Below are positions 27,056 to 40,283 of a stretch of 64,000 nucleotides of DNA, piece by piece. The notes beneath the pieces are model-generated. The model did not search any database. It saw nothing but the letters and a program-made list of their open reading frames with translations, and was not told the origin of the DNA. This stretch comes from Octopus sinensis (Eukaryota), in the NCBI RefSeq assembly GCF_006345805.1, contig NC_042999.1, forward strand, positions 17,608,001 through 17,672,000, given 5' to 3'. A program made the translations under genes and the position numbers. The stretch's first letter is position 1. Each line of letters begins with the position of its first letter.

Positions 27056-28037
27056 CTATCAGATAGATAGATAGAAAGATATTCAACGTTGCCTACGTAA
27101 TATGAAATACACATTTACATAAACACATATGTAATGCATACATACAAGCACATAAATATATTTACACATATACATATATACAGCACCATATATGTGCACA
27201 TGCACAAATTCATGTAAGATGGCTTCTTTAAAAGTGAGTTTCTGAAGGTAGTTTTCATTGGTTTTGTTTTTTTGTAAGATTATACCCACTTAACCAATCA
27301 TAAATCATTCAATGTTATTTTTTAGTTACAAAGATTTGGAACACCTTGTAATGCGCAACGACGTGTCATTCGGAATGGATTTGAAGAACTGCTTTTCAAT
27401 AACGTAGCATTTTTACCTTAATGAACAAGGTGATATTGAGAGGAACACTGTCAATACAAATACCAACCAAGCCAAGACTTTTATGTCATGTAACACGATC
27501 TAAATTGTTTTTGCTTTCGTATGTTCTTTGCGTTTAAATAAAGACTTCGCCTGCAGTTATGACAAAGCAAATGAAATTCTTATTTTTGGCAATATGAAAT
27601 ATTTAACTACTGCGGCTAAGCTCATCCAAACTAAAACCTCTTTTTAATTTATGTAACCGGAATGTTGCTATTTGCCTGAAAGTCATGTCTCTCCTGAAAT
27701 ACTAGACGGTATTTTGCAGCCATTACCTACTGCCCAAAACCTACCTTGGAGACGAAGAAAAAAAGTAAACGAAGCTATATCACAGTGATTGCGATCCCTA
27801 ACTCTCACACAAGTGTTATATTCAACTAACGAAGGATATTCATCCCACTGGTTCAAGTAATGGTATACACAGCTTAAAAATATTTTAAACTCATATTTTG
27901 AAGATGAATTTCACAGAAGTTACATTATTTACATTTGTCCTCATCTTGTTTGTTGTTAATACAACGTTTCGGCTGATAAACCCTACAGACACCTTGAGGT
28001 GTCTTGGGGAGATTAACTACTACGCTATGATCCCCCC

Positions 28038-28110
28038 GGGCATATGCCGTAGTGGTTCAGAGCTCGGGCTACTAACCCCAAGATTCCGAGTTCGATTTCA
28101 AGCAGTGACC
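28038..28110 (+). pseudogene. tRNA-derived sequence (Pol III A/B-box-like), not a functional tRNA
   Basis: A-box-like TGCCGTAGTGG, anticodon-like arm ggg-CT-ACT-AA-ccc, B-box-like GAGTTCGATTTC; imperfect acceptor stem. Confidence 0.6.
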
Positions 28111-28138
28111 TGAACAATAATAATAATAATAATAATAA

Positions 28139-28177
<39 letters not shown>

Positions 28178-28253
28178 GATGATGCTGATGATGATGATAA
28201 TAACATCGAAAAGTACCTTAGGAATGAGAACTCAGATTCGAAATTTCCCCAAG

Positions 28254-28297
28254 ACACCTGATGAAGGCTGGAGGGTATATCAGCCGAAACGTTGTGT
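28254..28297 (+). ncRNA. Minimal type I hammerhead ribozyme motif
   Basis: acac-CTGATGA-a-ggctg(gagggtatat)cagcc-GAAAC-GTT-gtgt: perfect helix I (acac/gtgt) and helix II (ggctg/cagcc), AACGTT palindrome. Confidence 0.75.
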
Positions 28298-28896
28298 TAA
28301 CAATAAACACAATGAGGACAATTATCCGTCGAATGTAAATAATGTAAATAATATACATAATTCCTCATGTCTTAAATATAGAACCGTACGAATTTCACAG
28401 GTAGTTCAAATTATCATTAAATAATTAAAAGATATTTTAAAGTAATAAATGATCACCCTCTTTCATGTTAAGCATTAATATTGATATCTCTGATGAATGC
28501 ATAAATACATATGAGTTTTAATACATGCTTGTGAATGGCTACTGTAAACCTGAAAAAGCAAATGTAAATGTCTAGAATGCACGAAGTAATAACATTACAA
28601 AAGCTACTCTCGAGGAGAGGGAACTTAGCACAAAAATCAATCCGTATTGTAGAATAGAACAAATAAATATCATCAACAGGTGTAATCTCATTTCAAAGTA
28701 ATCCAGTTTCACCACACTTTAAAATTTACACAAATACACAGCGATGATGTGGTCCTGATACTGAAGAGGTGAGCCATTCTTGAAACACTCCGACTGAAAA
28801 CTACTAAACTGTTTCAATAGCCACAGTGAAGTAAATGTTTCTTTGTAAATGAAAGCGTATGTATAGATAAATGTTACACAAAACATTTGTATCTCA

Positions 28897-29575
28897 TTAC
28901 TCTTTTACTCTTTTACTTGTTTCAGTCATTTGACTGCGGCCATGCTGGAAACACCGCCTTTAGTCGAGCAATCGACCCCGGACTTATTCTTTGTAAGCCC
29001 AGTACGTACTTATTCTATCAGTCTCTTGCCGAACCGCTAAATGACGGAGACGTAAACCAACACACACACACCACACACACACACACACACTTATATTATA
29101 TAATATATATATATATATAATATATATATATAATAATAAATATTAGGGAATATATCCATTTACAGGGAAAAAAATCAGATTTAGGATTAAATCCAATTTA
29201 TAGTAAAATATTATAAAATTTATTTGAGACAAAACCACTATTTTGCAAAACAAACAAGGAAAGACTTAATCATACATAAAATTTAATAAATAGTCAAATT
29301 TTTGACTATTTATTAAATTTAATGTATTGATTAAGTCTTTCCTTGTTTGTTTTGCAAAATCAGTGGTTGTGTCTCAAATAATATTTTATATTATATATAT
29401 AATACATATATACGACAGGCTTCTTTCAGTTTCCGTCTACCAAATACACTAACAAAGCATTGGTCGGCCCGGGGCTATAGCAGAAGACACTTGCCCAAGA
29501 TGCCACGCAGTGGGACTGAACCCGGAAACATGTGGTTCGTAAGCAAGCTACCTACCACACAGCCACTCCTGCGCC
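28897..29575 (-). mobile_element. Family-B SINE interrupted by nested insertion
   Basis: 3' part 28897-29090 and 5' part 29405-29575; nested element sits in its internal microsatellite. Confidence 0.88.
29131..29395. mobile_element. Family-C Penelope-like fold-back element (~80-bp palindrome arms)
   Basis: Arms 29220-29298 and 29301-29381; homologous to 53360-53630 and 62848-63010. Confidence 0.8.
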
Positions 29576-29774
29576 ATGACATTAACAAAATATTTGGACG
29601 TTAACAAAATATTTTCACTTGTGATCTCGAATGAAAGAAATATAAATCAGTATTCAACATGACTTGAAAGAAAGAATTAGTATTACGCGGAGAAATTTCA
29701 CGGTTATTTTGGAAACTTCATATTTTTCTTAAGCATTGCCGTCTTGAGATCTAAAAAAGACAAGTTAATCTATA

Positions 29775-30260
29775 AATCTATTTGTCTGTCTGTCTGTTGT
29801 CTATCTATTTAGCTAGCTTGCTAGCTAGATAGACAACAGGTAGATATATAGACAGGTGGGTAGCTAGTTACTAGCTAGCTAGCTATCTTCCTACCTATCT
29901 ACCTACCTATGTATCTACCTGCCTACCTGCCTACCTAACTATCACTCTGTCTCTCTGTCTCTCTCTCTCTTTCTCTCTACATATCTGTCTACTTTATCTA
30001 CCTACCCATCTACCTACTATTCTATCTACCAACCTACTAAACGACGTACATATATACCTATTACCTACTTACCTACCGACCGGCCATCATACCTGTCTAC
30101 ATTTCCTACCTACCTAGCTACCTACCTTCCTATCTAACTACCTCCTTAATTACATACCTACACACTTACATACATACTTGTATACACATACGTACGTACA
30201 GACATATGTGTGTGTGTTAATTCATGTGTGTGCATGTATATATGTATGTATATATGTATG
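29775..30260. repeat. Degenerate (CTAG)/(CCTA)/(TATC)/(TATG) low-complexity tract
   Basis: Direct reading. Confidence 0.8.
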
Positions 30261-30567
30261 TGATCACGTGATCACGCGACCCACCAGACCATCAGATGTT
30301 GTTACACATCGCTGGTCACAATGCGTTCGCATTGTTTTAGCCTCCCAATGACGCCACCCCGCTGGCTAAGCGAGCAGGCCAACAGAAGAAAGAGTGGGAG
30401 AAAGAGTGTTGAAAGAGTACAGCAGGGATCCCCCCCCTGCCGGAGCCTCGTGGAGCTTTTAGGTGTTTTCGCTCAATAAACACTCACAACGCCCGGTCTG
30501 GGAATCGAAACCACGATCCTATGACCGCGAGTCCGCTGCCCTAACCACCGGGCCATTGCGTCTCCAC
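30260..30567 (-). mobile_element. Family-D SINE with tail type 2
   Basis: Head and body match the 32322 copy up to ctctttcttc, then a different tail (ctgttggcctgctcgcttagccagcgggg...). Confidence 0.85.
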
Positions 30568-31339
30568 TTGTATGTCTTATAATCCACTGAACGATAAAAT
30601 ACCAATCGAGTGTTTCTGACAATGTTTTTCACAATGAGATATTTTGCATCACCTACGGTGTTGTTTCTGCTGCTGCTGTTGCTGCTGGTCAGTTACAATC
30701 AGCCGATCAAACATTGAATAACTATACTGTCACATGAAAACCGCATCAAAATTTGAAAACAAATGCGAGAGGAGCCCCACGGTTATGTGTTGTATAGCAT
30801 ACTTATATATGAACTTTTTAAAAGGAGTGTATTTATATATATCGTTTAGAGATTCCGCATTTACCTGTAATGTCGCATGAGCTCAATTACTATTTATCAC
30901 GTATGTACTAGACATAAACTGATATAATGATATAATTATACATTTCGCAATTATGGGCGTAATTATGGACAATACATAACATCCAAAATTATGTCTTTCA
31001 CCACGCAATCCATGTAGTAATACATTCGTGTCTAAGCACAATGCTACTGTGATATTTAGTTTGTGCTAATTTATTAGTATAATTGATCAGAAGCCGACTT
31101 GGCCAAAGTTGCAATGTCCATGACCTCACATTGCAATTTATGCGTAGGCAAATATATAAGTATTGAACTCTGTTGTATACTTCCTGCCGCAACATCATAA
31201 ACAGTGTGTGTGTGTGTGTGTTCAAATGAGAGAGAGAGAGAGAGAGAGAGCGAGAGATGGAGACAGAGAGAGATTTAATTCTTGTTTCAAAAGTCCAAAC
31301 TGCTTTCTATCTATCTCAGAGAAAATGCAAATGCGATGC

Positions 31340-31687
31340 TGAGTGTTGAGACACCCTTCGGTCATTGAATGACCATGGGATTGCACCTAGAAAGTTTACC
31401 CTCCCAGGCACAAGTCCGGGCAAGGTTGGTTATGGAAGACCAGCAGTTGCCTCTGCATACCTGCCTCCCGTCTCCACACCACCAGTGTTATCCAAAGGAA
31501 AGGCTAAGGGGCCGATACAGCTTGGCACCTGTGACATCGCAACTCATTTCTACAGCTGTGTGAACTGGAACAACGTGAAATAAAGTGTCTTGCTCAAGAA
31601 TATAACACGCAGCCCGGTCCGAAATTCGGACTCACAACCTCACGAACATAAGCAAGACTCTCTAACCACTGAGTCATGTGCCTTCAC
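31340..31687 (-). mobile_element. Family-E SINE with tail type 4
   Basis: Head gtgaaggcacatgactcagtggttag..cttgagcaagacactttatttcacgttg like the 37555 copy. 12-bp TSD tgcaaatgcgat at 31326-31337 and 31688-31699. Confidence 0.88.
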
Positions 31688-32321
31688 TGCAAATGCGATA
31701 TAGATAATTCTTTTCATTAACGGAAGTACTATTAGGCCCTGTGCCTACATTATAAGGAATTAATATTTAACACTAACAAATATGTAGTGGAGAATACCTT
31801 ATCTGTTAGAACAGATTTATTAGCGGCAACAAGAAACCGCTGTATGCACTATTCGATTCAATATCAGAAAATTCTTCTCATTAGCTCATAAACTACTTCT
31901 TCTGAATCCTTTCAGATAATTAGAGGCTATATGGCTATGAACCACTAGGAGATCAAAATCGTAATGTACATATAATACTTGTCATCTTTGGAGAAGATTC
32001 CCCCTCCGAAAATTAACGATGATGTAAATCATGTTGTTCATATCATTGCTTTGCTGTGTTCGCCTGAAATATGCGAAACCAAGCTTCTCCAATACGGAAT
32101 AATACTGACGATGTGGATTAAACGCCGTAGCTCAATTTATAACCAACGCTTAATCTCTTCTTTCAGTTATCGGGTAGAATTTTACATTTTACTCTTTCAT
32201 TCTTTAACGTATTTCACTCATTGAAATGTGACCATGCTGGAGCATTACATTCAATACTTTAATCGAAATAACCGACCGACTCTAGCATTTATATATCTAA
32301 AAGTCTGGTACGTGTTGTTTT

Positions 32322-32614
32322 GTGGAGGCGCAATTGCCCAGTGGTTAGGGCAGCATGCTCGCGGTTGGGGGATCGTCGTTTCGATTCCCAGACCGGGCGT
32401 TGTGTGTGCTTATTGAACGAAAACACCTAAAGCTCCACAAGGCTCCGGTAGGGGGTGGTGACGACCCCTGTTGTACTCTTTCGCCCCAACTTTCTGTCAC
32501 TTTTTCTTCCTGTTTTTTTGAGTAACGCTGCGATGGACAGGCGTCCCGTCCAGCTGGGGGGAATACATACGCCATAGAAACCGGGAAACCGGACACAAAG
32601 GGCGCATAAAAAAA
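32322..32614 (+). mobile_element. Family-D SINE with tail type 1
   Basis: ggaggcgcaat.gcccagtggttagggcagc..gtttcgattcccag; tail gctgcgatggac.ggcgtcccgtccag; A-rich end. Inserted next to a decayed family-B 3' fragment (32180-32312). Confidence 0.9.
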
Positions 32615-32704
32615 TATTGTTTTAGTATTTTTGCCAAGTTACTAGGACATCCAGAGGCGAGCAAATCGACATTTGTCCTTGAGTTGTCGGGCGCCCCCAC
32701 CCGA

Positions 32705-32753
<49 letters not shown>

Positions 32754-32785
32754 TATTATATATATATATTATATATATATATATG

Positions 32786-32816
<31 letters not shown>

Positions 32817-33342
32817 ATGTATGTATGTAGGAAGCTACTCCAAGCATTTCCTACCCATCAAATTCACACGAGAGGCGTTATTCGAAAGGGTCCCACTGTT
32901 GAAAGTGCTTCTTAACCATGCACAAATCCATCAGTTTGCTAACAAGGCCTACAGCAACTGCACTTCAAATACAAATTGGCACTCTAACCCTAACCCTAAT
33001 TCTCTTTGTACTCTCTGTCGCGTTTTTGGCAATGCAACAACGAACTATTTCCAAATAAATAATTTCCTGTCGACAATTGCAGTCCGTAGCTCGGATCATG
33101 CAAATATGGCTGAATTGAACGTTGCTCTGACCTCTTTGAATGAAAAGTTGTGTTTCGTACTTGTTTCATTATAGTCTCTTGTACTTTGATGGAGAGTTCT
33201 ATAATTTTGGAAACTAGTTATGTATTAGGTTGGCCTTGTTTGATATATAATCGGTTTCATATATCTTGCTTTATAATAAAAAAAATCAGACATTTTCATC
33301 TTAGACTACTGTCTTGAGATTTATCAATTAATTTTGATGAAC

Positions 33343-33543
33343 AGTAGTAGCAGTAGTAGTAGTTGTTGTAGAGGAGATGGAGGAAGAAGGAGAAGAAGGA
33401 GAGTAAGGAGGGAAGAGAAGGAGAAGAAGAAGAAAAAGAAGAAGAAGAAGAAGAAGAAGAAGAACGAGAAGAAGAAGAAGAAGAAGAAGAAGAGGAAGGA
33501 GAAGAGAAAGGAGAAGAGGAATAATAATAATAATAATAATAAA

Positions 33544-33585
<42 letters not shown>

Positions 33586-33610
33586 GAAGAAGAAGAAGAA
33601 GAAGAAGAAG
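33343..33610. repeat. Compound (AGT)/(GAA)/(AAT)n microsatellite
   Basis: Direct reading. Confidence 0.95.
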
Positions 33611-33992
33611 CTTTATGCATGAAGGGGTGGATTTATTTCGCTTAGGCACAACAGAATTTTTTCTGCGTTTTCTTCTTCGTTTTCACTGTCCTCTTCTATG
33701 CCTTCATTCTTCTTCTTCATCTATCGTTGTATACCATTTATCTCTTCACCTACTCAATCATTTCAGATCTTCATTAGAATAATTAATATTTCAGCTTTGT
33801 ATTTTCTTCGTATTTTTCTTCATTGATTCAAATACGCTATTAAGAAAAAATATTTGTATTTTATGGTCTGTTTTTACACTTATCTTAAAGTGAATTGAAA
33901 TAAATACACTTTACCTTAGAGTACAAGATTCATGAAGCTTATGAACGGAGAATGTGGAAAGTTATATTCGAAATCTATCTGACTATCTATGA

Positions 33993-34667
33993 GCTATTTT
34001 TATCATACTTGTGGCTATGGCGAAAGAATGTATCTGGTGGACGCGTCTGAAAGGATTAGAGACAAACACTTTCCTCTCTGGTCAATCTCTCATCAACTTC
34101 TTCAAGTATCACTTGAAGAAAAAAGTGAGAGTAGAGAGGCAAGTTTTGTCTAGTGAATGTTTTAAAAAAAGATGGGTGAATGTAGCAAGGATGGCACGTA
34201 TGAATGACGAAGCCACCTTGACTATGATTCTATGAACCGTAAAAATTAATACAGAGAGTTGCTTATTTGCAAAAAAAAAAAAAAAAAAAAAAGAAATATA
34301 ACATGTGACTTCATTGACCGGGGTTACCGTGGTCTTTTCCGTAGGCTTTTCTTTCCACGGGTAAACCTCACCTGTCCCCCCTTTACACTTCATATTGACA
34401 TTTCTGTGATAACGATCCCTATTGATCAATTTTTTTCCTCTCCCCTTTTTTTTAACCCCCCCTTTTTTTTTGTCCTCTTTCTCTCCTTTTACGATCCCTT
34501 TTGATCGACCCCCCCTTTTTTATTTTATTTTTATTTTATTTTATTTTTTTCTTATTTTTTATTTTTTTTATTTTTTTATTTTTTTTTTTTTTAAACCTTC
34601 AAAAGAAAAGCTCTACCTTGTAATTTGTTCTATCTGTGTGCAGCCCTGTGTGGCTAATAAAGAAACA

Positions 34668-34668
<1 letters not shown>
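33993..34668 (+). mobile_element. 5'-truncated Tx1/L1-like LINE (ORF2 C-terminus plus 3'UTR)
   Basis: AIFIILVAMAKECIWWTRLK...FKKRW..* resembles L1/Tx1 C-termini (AK..IW..R; F...W); T-rich UTR; AATAAA then (TATC)n. Confidence 0.7.
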
Positions 34669-34728
<60 letters not shown>

Positions 34729-34780
34729 GTTTATCTATCTAATTATCTATAGCTATCTATCTGTTTATCTATCTATCTGT

Positions 34781-34832
<52 letters not shown>

Positions 34833-34839
34833 ATCTATC

Positions 34840-34870
<31 letters not shown>

Positions 34871-34872
34871 CT
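34669..34872. repeat. (TATC)n microsatellite
   Basis: Direct reading. Confidence 0.95.
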
Positions 34873-35308
34873 ATCACTTGAAAAGGTAAGTGAGAGTAGA
34901 GAGGCAAGTTTTGTCAAGCGAATGTTTCAAAAAAAGATGGGTGAATGTAGCAAGGATGGCACATATGAATGACGAAGCCACTTTGAGCATAATCCTATGA
35001 ACCCGGAAAAACTTAAAACAGAGTGTTACTTACTTGCAAATAAATGTGTTAACATGTGACATTAATGGCCGGGTTACCGTGGTCTTTTCCGTAGGTTTTT
35101 CTTTCCATGGTTAAACCTTCCCCCTTTAAACTTTACATCATGACATTTCTGCGATACACGATCCCTATTGATCGTTTTTTCTTTTCTTTTTTTCCTTTCT
35201 ACGATCCCTTTTGATTGATGACCTACCCTACTTTGTTTTCTCCCCAAAGAGCTCTACTTTGTAATTTGTCCCAAATATGCCCAATCCTGTGTGACTAATA
35301 AAGAAACA

Positions 35309-35310
<2 letters not shown>
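34872..35310 (+). mobile_element. Second 5'-truncated copy of the same Tx1/L1-like LINE
   Basis: Homologous to 34107-34668; begins and ends in (TATC)n. Confidence 0.8.
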
Positions 35311-35600
<290 letters not shown>

Positions 35601-35723
35601 TATCTTGCTATTTATATATCAGTTTGTCTATCTGTATATATATATATCATCCATATATCTGTTCCTTTATCTTTCCTTGTATATATCAATCTATTAATAT
35701 TCTCTATCACAGTCTTTTCTCTT

Positions 35724-35782
<59 letters not shown>

Positions 35783-35798
35783 TATATATGAGTGCGGC

Positions 35799-35834
<36 letters not shown>

Positions 35835-36724
35835 ATTTATCTCTGTCTATACACATATCTATCTTTATTTCTCTTTAACACAGTGTGGCATGCCTGTTTT
35901 GATCACGTACGTGTTTAGACGTACGTTTCTGATGTCAGTGTGGCTGCGTGTTGCAAAGAAGATAACTCTAGACATTCATCAAGGTATTAGTTAAGCACGA
36001 TTCTTCACAAAGAACTTATCGTAATCATGTGACAAAAGAAAACGAAACAAGTCTCATAATACATTGTGATAAACTGAATATATTTAAAATCGGTAACACT
36101 TTTATCAAAATCAGAATGCTGATCACATGATTTGTCTTGCTTTGATAAGCATTAAAAGTTAATATTATTGCTATTGCAAGCGATTTCCCAAGATATCTAG
36201 TTTTTCGTTACGTTATCTTAGTATTTGTAATATATATTTATTTAATGTTAGTTAACTATTTATTCATTTAGAAATAGTTTTTTAATGTATTTCTTGCTTA
36301 ATATTTGGAACAATAGTATATAATACACAGACAGGCATATTTACTTCGCGATTATATTGCACAACTACGAAAATGTGAATGCATACGTGTAGTTTAAGTA
36401 AGTACATTTACAATGGAATAATTACAAAACTGCACGCTCAACATGAACTCTACCGATCTGTAATAAACCGTCATCTAATTTCAATTGTTAATAGGCAACA
36501 ATTACAATAAATATTCACTAAGAAGTGTGTATAGGTAGAGGTCAGAGATTAGTAGAAAATCTATAGTATATACATACGTATATATGTATATATATACAAT
36601 ATACATATATATATGTATGTATATATGTATCTATATATGTATATATATATATATATATATATAATATACGTACGTATATATACATATATATAATATTTAT
36701 GTAAGCACATATCTATGTATATAT

Positions 36725-36778
<54 letters not shown>

Positions 36779-37554
36779 ATATATATATATATATATATAC
36801 AATCAACTTCATGTTTCATGTTGAAAATCTCCGATGTTCATGAAGATTCTTCTGTGGTTATTTCCAATTTCTTTTCTGCATAATGGAAAATGATTACAAG
36901 TAATGATTTCTTTATAGATAATGTAATACTTAATTATAATGGGAATTCATTGTTTCATAATCTTTGTTTTATTATTTTTTTGTATTTTTTTCTCAAATTT
37001 TACATATTTTTCATGTAGAAACAGTAATTTTCGCCATCGTGAAGTCGTATCACGATTTCGTTACCAACTGCAACAATTGCCAGAATATTTTGAACTCGAC
37101 TGGAACCAACTAATTTACCTTAGATTTCCATAATCTGACATCGTTCTGCTGAAAGTTCCAGAATAATTATTACTTATTCCACCTCCTCCACTATCAAACA
37201 TATACAGAAATAAAACTGAATTAAATGAATAAGTTTTGTGCCTTATCTCTGCAAAATTGCCAGAAGAAATGCCACGTAACCTGGCATCATGATTTCTAAT
37301 TTAGCACTTGATTCTCTTCATCGAAGCGTACTCATAGCTAACTTATATGTCACTTCAAACAATGCCTCTCTCAGTTTCAGTGTGTCCAACGCGCATTGAG
37401 AAAAGGAACTAAGTTAATAAATTTATATATATATATATTTAAACATTAATACTCATGAGAGATAATAGTGTTGGTGGCCGAAACATTATCATGTCTCATG
37501 AGTATCTACTTATATATATTTACATATCTTTTTATATATATTCATATTTTTAAT

Positions 37555-37879
37555 GTGAAGGCGCGTGGCTTAGTGGTTAGTGCATTCGGCTCACGCTTGT
37601 AAAGTCGTGAGTTCGATTCCTGGCGACGAATTGTGTCCTTGAGCAGGACACTTTATTTCACGTTGCTCCAGTCCACTCAGCTGACAAAAATTAGTAGTAC
37701 CTGTATTTAAAAGGACCGGCCTTATCACACTCTGTGTCACGTTGAATCTCCCTGTGAACTACGTTAGGAGTATAAGTGTCTGTGGATTGCTCAGTCACTT
37801 GCACGTTAATTTCACGAGCAGGCTGTTCTGATGATCGTATCAGCTGGGACCCTCGTTGTCGTAATCGACGGAGTGCTCC
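37555..37879 (+). mobile_element. Family-E SINE with tail type 3
   Basis: tRNA-like head (tggcttagtgg, gagttcgattcc); tail gtacctgtattt..cgacggagt shared with the family-D copy at 48949. Confidence 0.88.
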
Positions 37880-38370
37880 TATATTCTTAATACAACAATT
37901 ATTTTACACACGTATATATCTTCCTAAAGAATTTTCTAATATTGATTTCTTGATATTAATAATAATATATTATAAAATATATATAATCGCTCTTATACTT
38001 TTATACTATTAATACTGTGATACAATAGAGCACGCGATATAAATTCAGTATATAATATTCTCATTGAATATATTTAACTAGATTTTTTTTATAGAAATAA
38101 GACTAAATGAAATATACGTCCATATACTTTTTGAATCATAATTATGTATCCTCTATATGTTTTAGTAATATGCCTGTGATAATTACAAACGTTTGTATTT
38201 TATTATGAATAATATAGACAGAAATACGATTCATTTCGCTCTGGGAAATATTCTTAGGGAGATTTTACCTGTCCTCTTACATACCACTACAATCTGGTGT
38301 GGATGTTTTGACTTCCTCTCCATTTAAAGTTTCTATCCTTGTGCCTGAATTAGAAAGAATTGTGTATAAT

Positions 38371-38605
38371 AGGTGCAGTCGAGGCTGTGCGGTTAGAAGT
38401 TTGCTTCCCAACCACATGACTCTAGGTTCAGTCCCACCGCCTGGCACGTTAGTCAACTGTCTTATGTTATAGCATCGCGCCGACAAAATCTTTGTAAGTG
38501 AATTTGATAGACGGAAACCGAAAGAAGCCCGTCACATATATGTGTGAGTGTCTTTGTGTCTGTGTTTGTGCCCCATCACTGCTTGACAATAAACTGCTTG
38601 TGTTT
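38371..38605 (+). mobile_element. Degenerate family-B SINE, 5' part
   Basis: ggctgtg.ggtt.gaagtttgcttcccaaccacatg..ggttcagtcccac..gacggaaac.gaaagaagcccgtc. Confidence 0.8.
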
Positions 38606-38880
38606 ATTAATTTATAATCCATTAATATTAGTGATTAATCATGATTTCATTGGTTAAAGAGGTTGTACTGAAAAGGTATAAAATGATAGAAATTGAAGCC
38701 TATTTAAGTAATTAAAAAAAATATTTGAAAGAAACATCAGAGATATATTCTTACGAGTACACTTTGTAAAATAAATGATAATGATTTTTTTTTTCTGAGA
38801 AAAAAAATGAGTTAAAAAGGGTTTTAGAGCAACGGCCAACATAGAAACGTTTTGTTTCACTGAATATACTTTTGAGAGAT

Positions 38881-39265
38881 AGGCGACGAGTTGGTAGAAA
38901 CGTTAGCACGCCGGGCGAAATGCGTAGCCGTATTTCGTCTGTCTTTACGTTCTGGGTTCAAATTCCACCGAGGTCGACTTTGCCTTTCATCCTTTCGGGG
39001 TCGATTAAATAAGTACCAGCTACGCACTAGGGTTGATATATTCGACTTAATCCGTTTGTCTGTCCTTGTTTTGTTCTCTCCGTGTTTAGCCCCTTGTGGG
39101 TAGTAAAGAAATAGGTATTTCGTCTGTCTTTACATTCTGGGTTCAAGACTCAGCCTTTCATCCATTCGTGGTCGATAAATTAAGTAGCAGTTGCGTATTG
39201 GAGTCGATCTAATCGACTGGTCCCTTGCCCAAAATATTTCTGGCCTTATGCCTTCAGTAAAAAAA
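38881..39265 (+). mobile_element. Family-A SINE dimer (long-tail unit plus short-tail unit)
   Basis: Second headless unit starts after aaagaaataggtatttcgtctg. 17-bp TSD tgaatata(c/t)ttttgaga at 38861-38877 and 39266-39282. Confidence 0.9.
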
Positions 39266-39729
39266 TGAATATATTTTTGAGAATCAATTACAAATCAATT
39301 CAAGTGGTGCACACACACACATCAGTTGAATAAAGTTAAAAGTTATCTGCTTTTAACGCTTTTTACTACTGTATTTTAACAAAATTAGCACTTTCATACG
39401 TCACGTACCCATGATTTGTGTAACTGACAGTTGAATTCGCGACAACTTTTAGTATCTCTTAGAACGCTCCAACCTCCTGAATTTTTAGAATAACTTTCTG
39501 ATCAATCTGCAGGCTCCTAAGCATCACGGTTTTCCAGGCGTACCGATGTTCTCTAACTTGTTTATATTTATTAATCCACATCGTTAACTAGTTGTTATAT
39601 TATTACTGTTATTTCCGTTCAGAACAGGTTGGAACGTAAAAAAAAAATCAATATTATTTTATCTTTCTTCCAAATTTACTCTTGTCATTTATTTTGTGGA
39701 AGGGAAAAATTAGAAACTTTTTCTGACCG

Positions 39730-39961
39730 TATTATATACAGACCAGACATTATCAGAACGATCACGCATCAACAGACGACAAGTCCAGAACACTAATTTT
39801 CGTCAAATTCCATTGAGTGAACATGTAGAGACATGTTAACAGAAAATGTCAAGAAGTCAACTGTCAGCAATACACATTTGAAATTTGATGAGAACATGAT
39901 GTATGAAGTCGCACAGTTTGTTGAAATAACTTTAAAAAATGCGTTAAAACCAGACTTTAAC
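39730..39961 (+). pseudogene. Decayed GIY-YIG endonuclease fragment of a Penelope-like element
   Basis: YYIQT/frameshift/TLSERSRINRRQVQNTNFRQIPLSEHVETC* and downstream LKPDFN resemble the Penelope pattern YIGQT..L..R...H.......P.SEH...C...KP.LN. Confidence 0.55.
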
Positions 39962-40009
39962 TTTATTCAACTGATATACTATTCTATAAATATTCACGCA
40001 AATTAGAAG

Positions 40010-40049
<40 letters not shown>

Positions 40050-40283
40050 TCATTACTGATATAGGGTGAAAGATAATTAATTTAATAAAATCAACAAATT
40101 TCACCTAGTAGTATTTTGGTATGGAAAAGGACCATATTCGGTAAAAATTTATACAGAAAGTTTTTCTATATATAATTATAACAATAAGGATTTTGCAACA
40201 AGTTGCTTGACCACATACCGAAGAATTTTAGAAATAGCAGCCAAAGAACTACTATTTCCTTTCTCTACAAAAATAGTCCTCCA

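Larger units (their letters stand above)
27890..28385 (+). mobile_element. Composite element: inverted repeats enclosing tRNA-like cassette, (AAT)n and hammerhead
   Basis: Arms ~27890-28012 and ~28243-28385 are diverged reverse complements; tRNA-like 28038-28110; (AAT)n 28113-28203. Confidence 0.75.

Noticed and set aside
32983-32999. (CCCTAA)-like telomeric units
   Set aside because: Only about two units; insufficient for an interstitial telomere call.
37555-37630. SINE heads as genuine tRNA genes
   Set aside because: They lack intact cloverleaf stems and continue into SINE bodies.
40100-40150. Hammerhead-like remnant on the minus strand
   Set aside because: Core reads CCGAATA and lacks GAAA; too degenerate to call.
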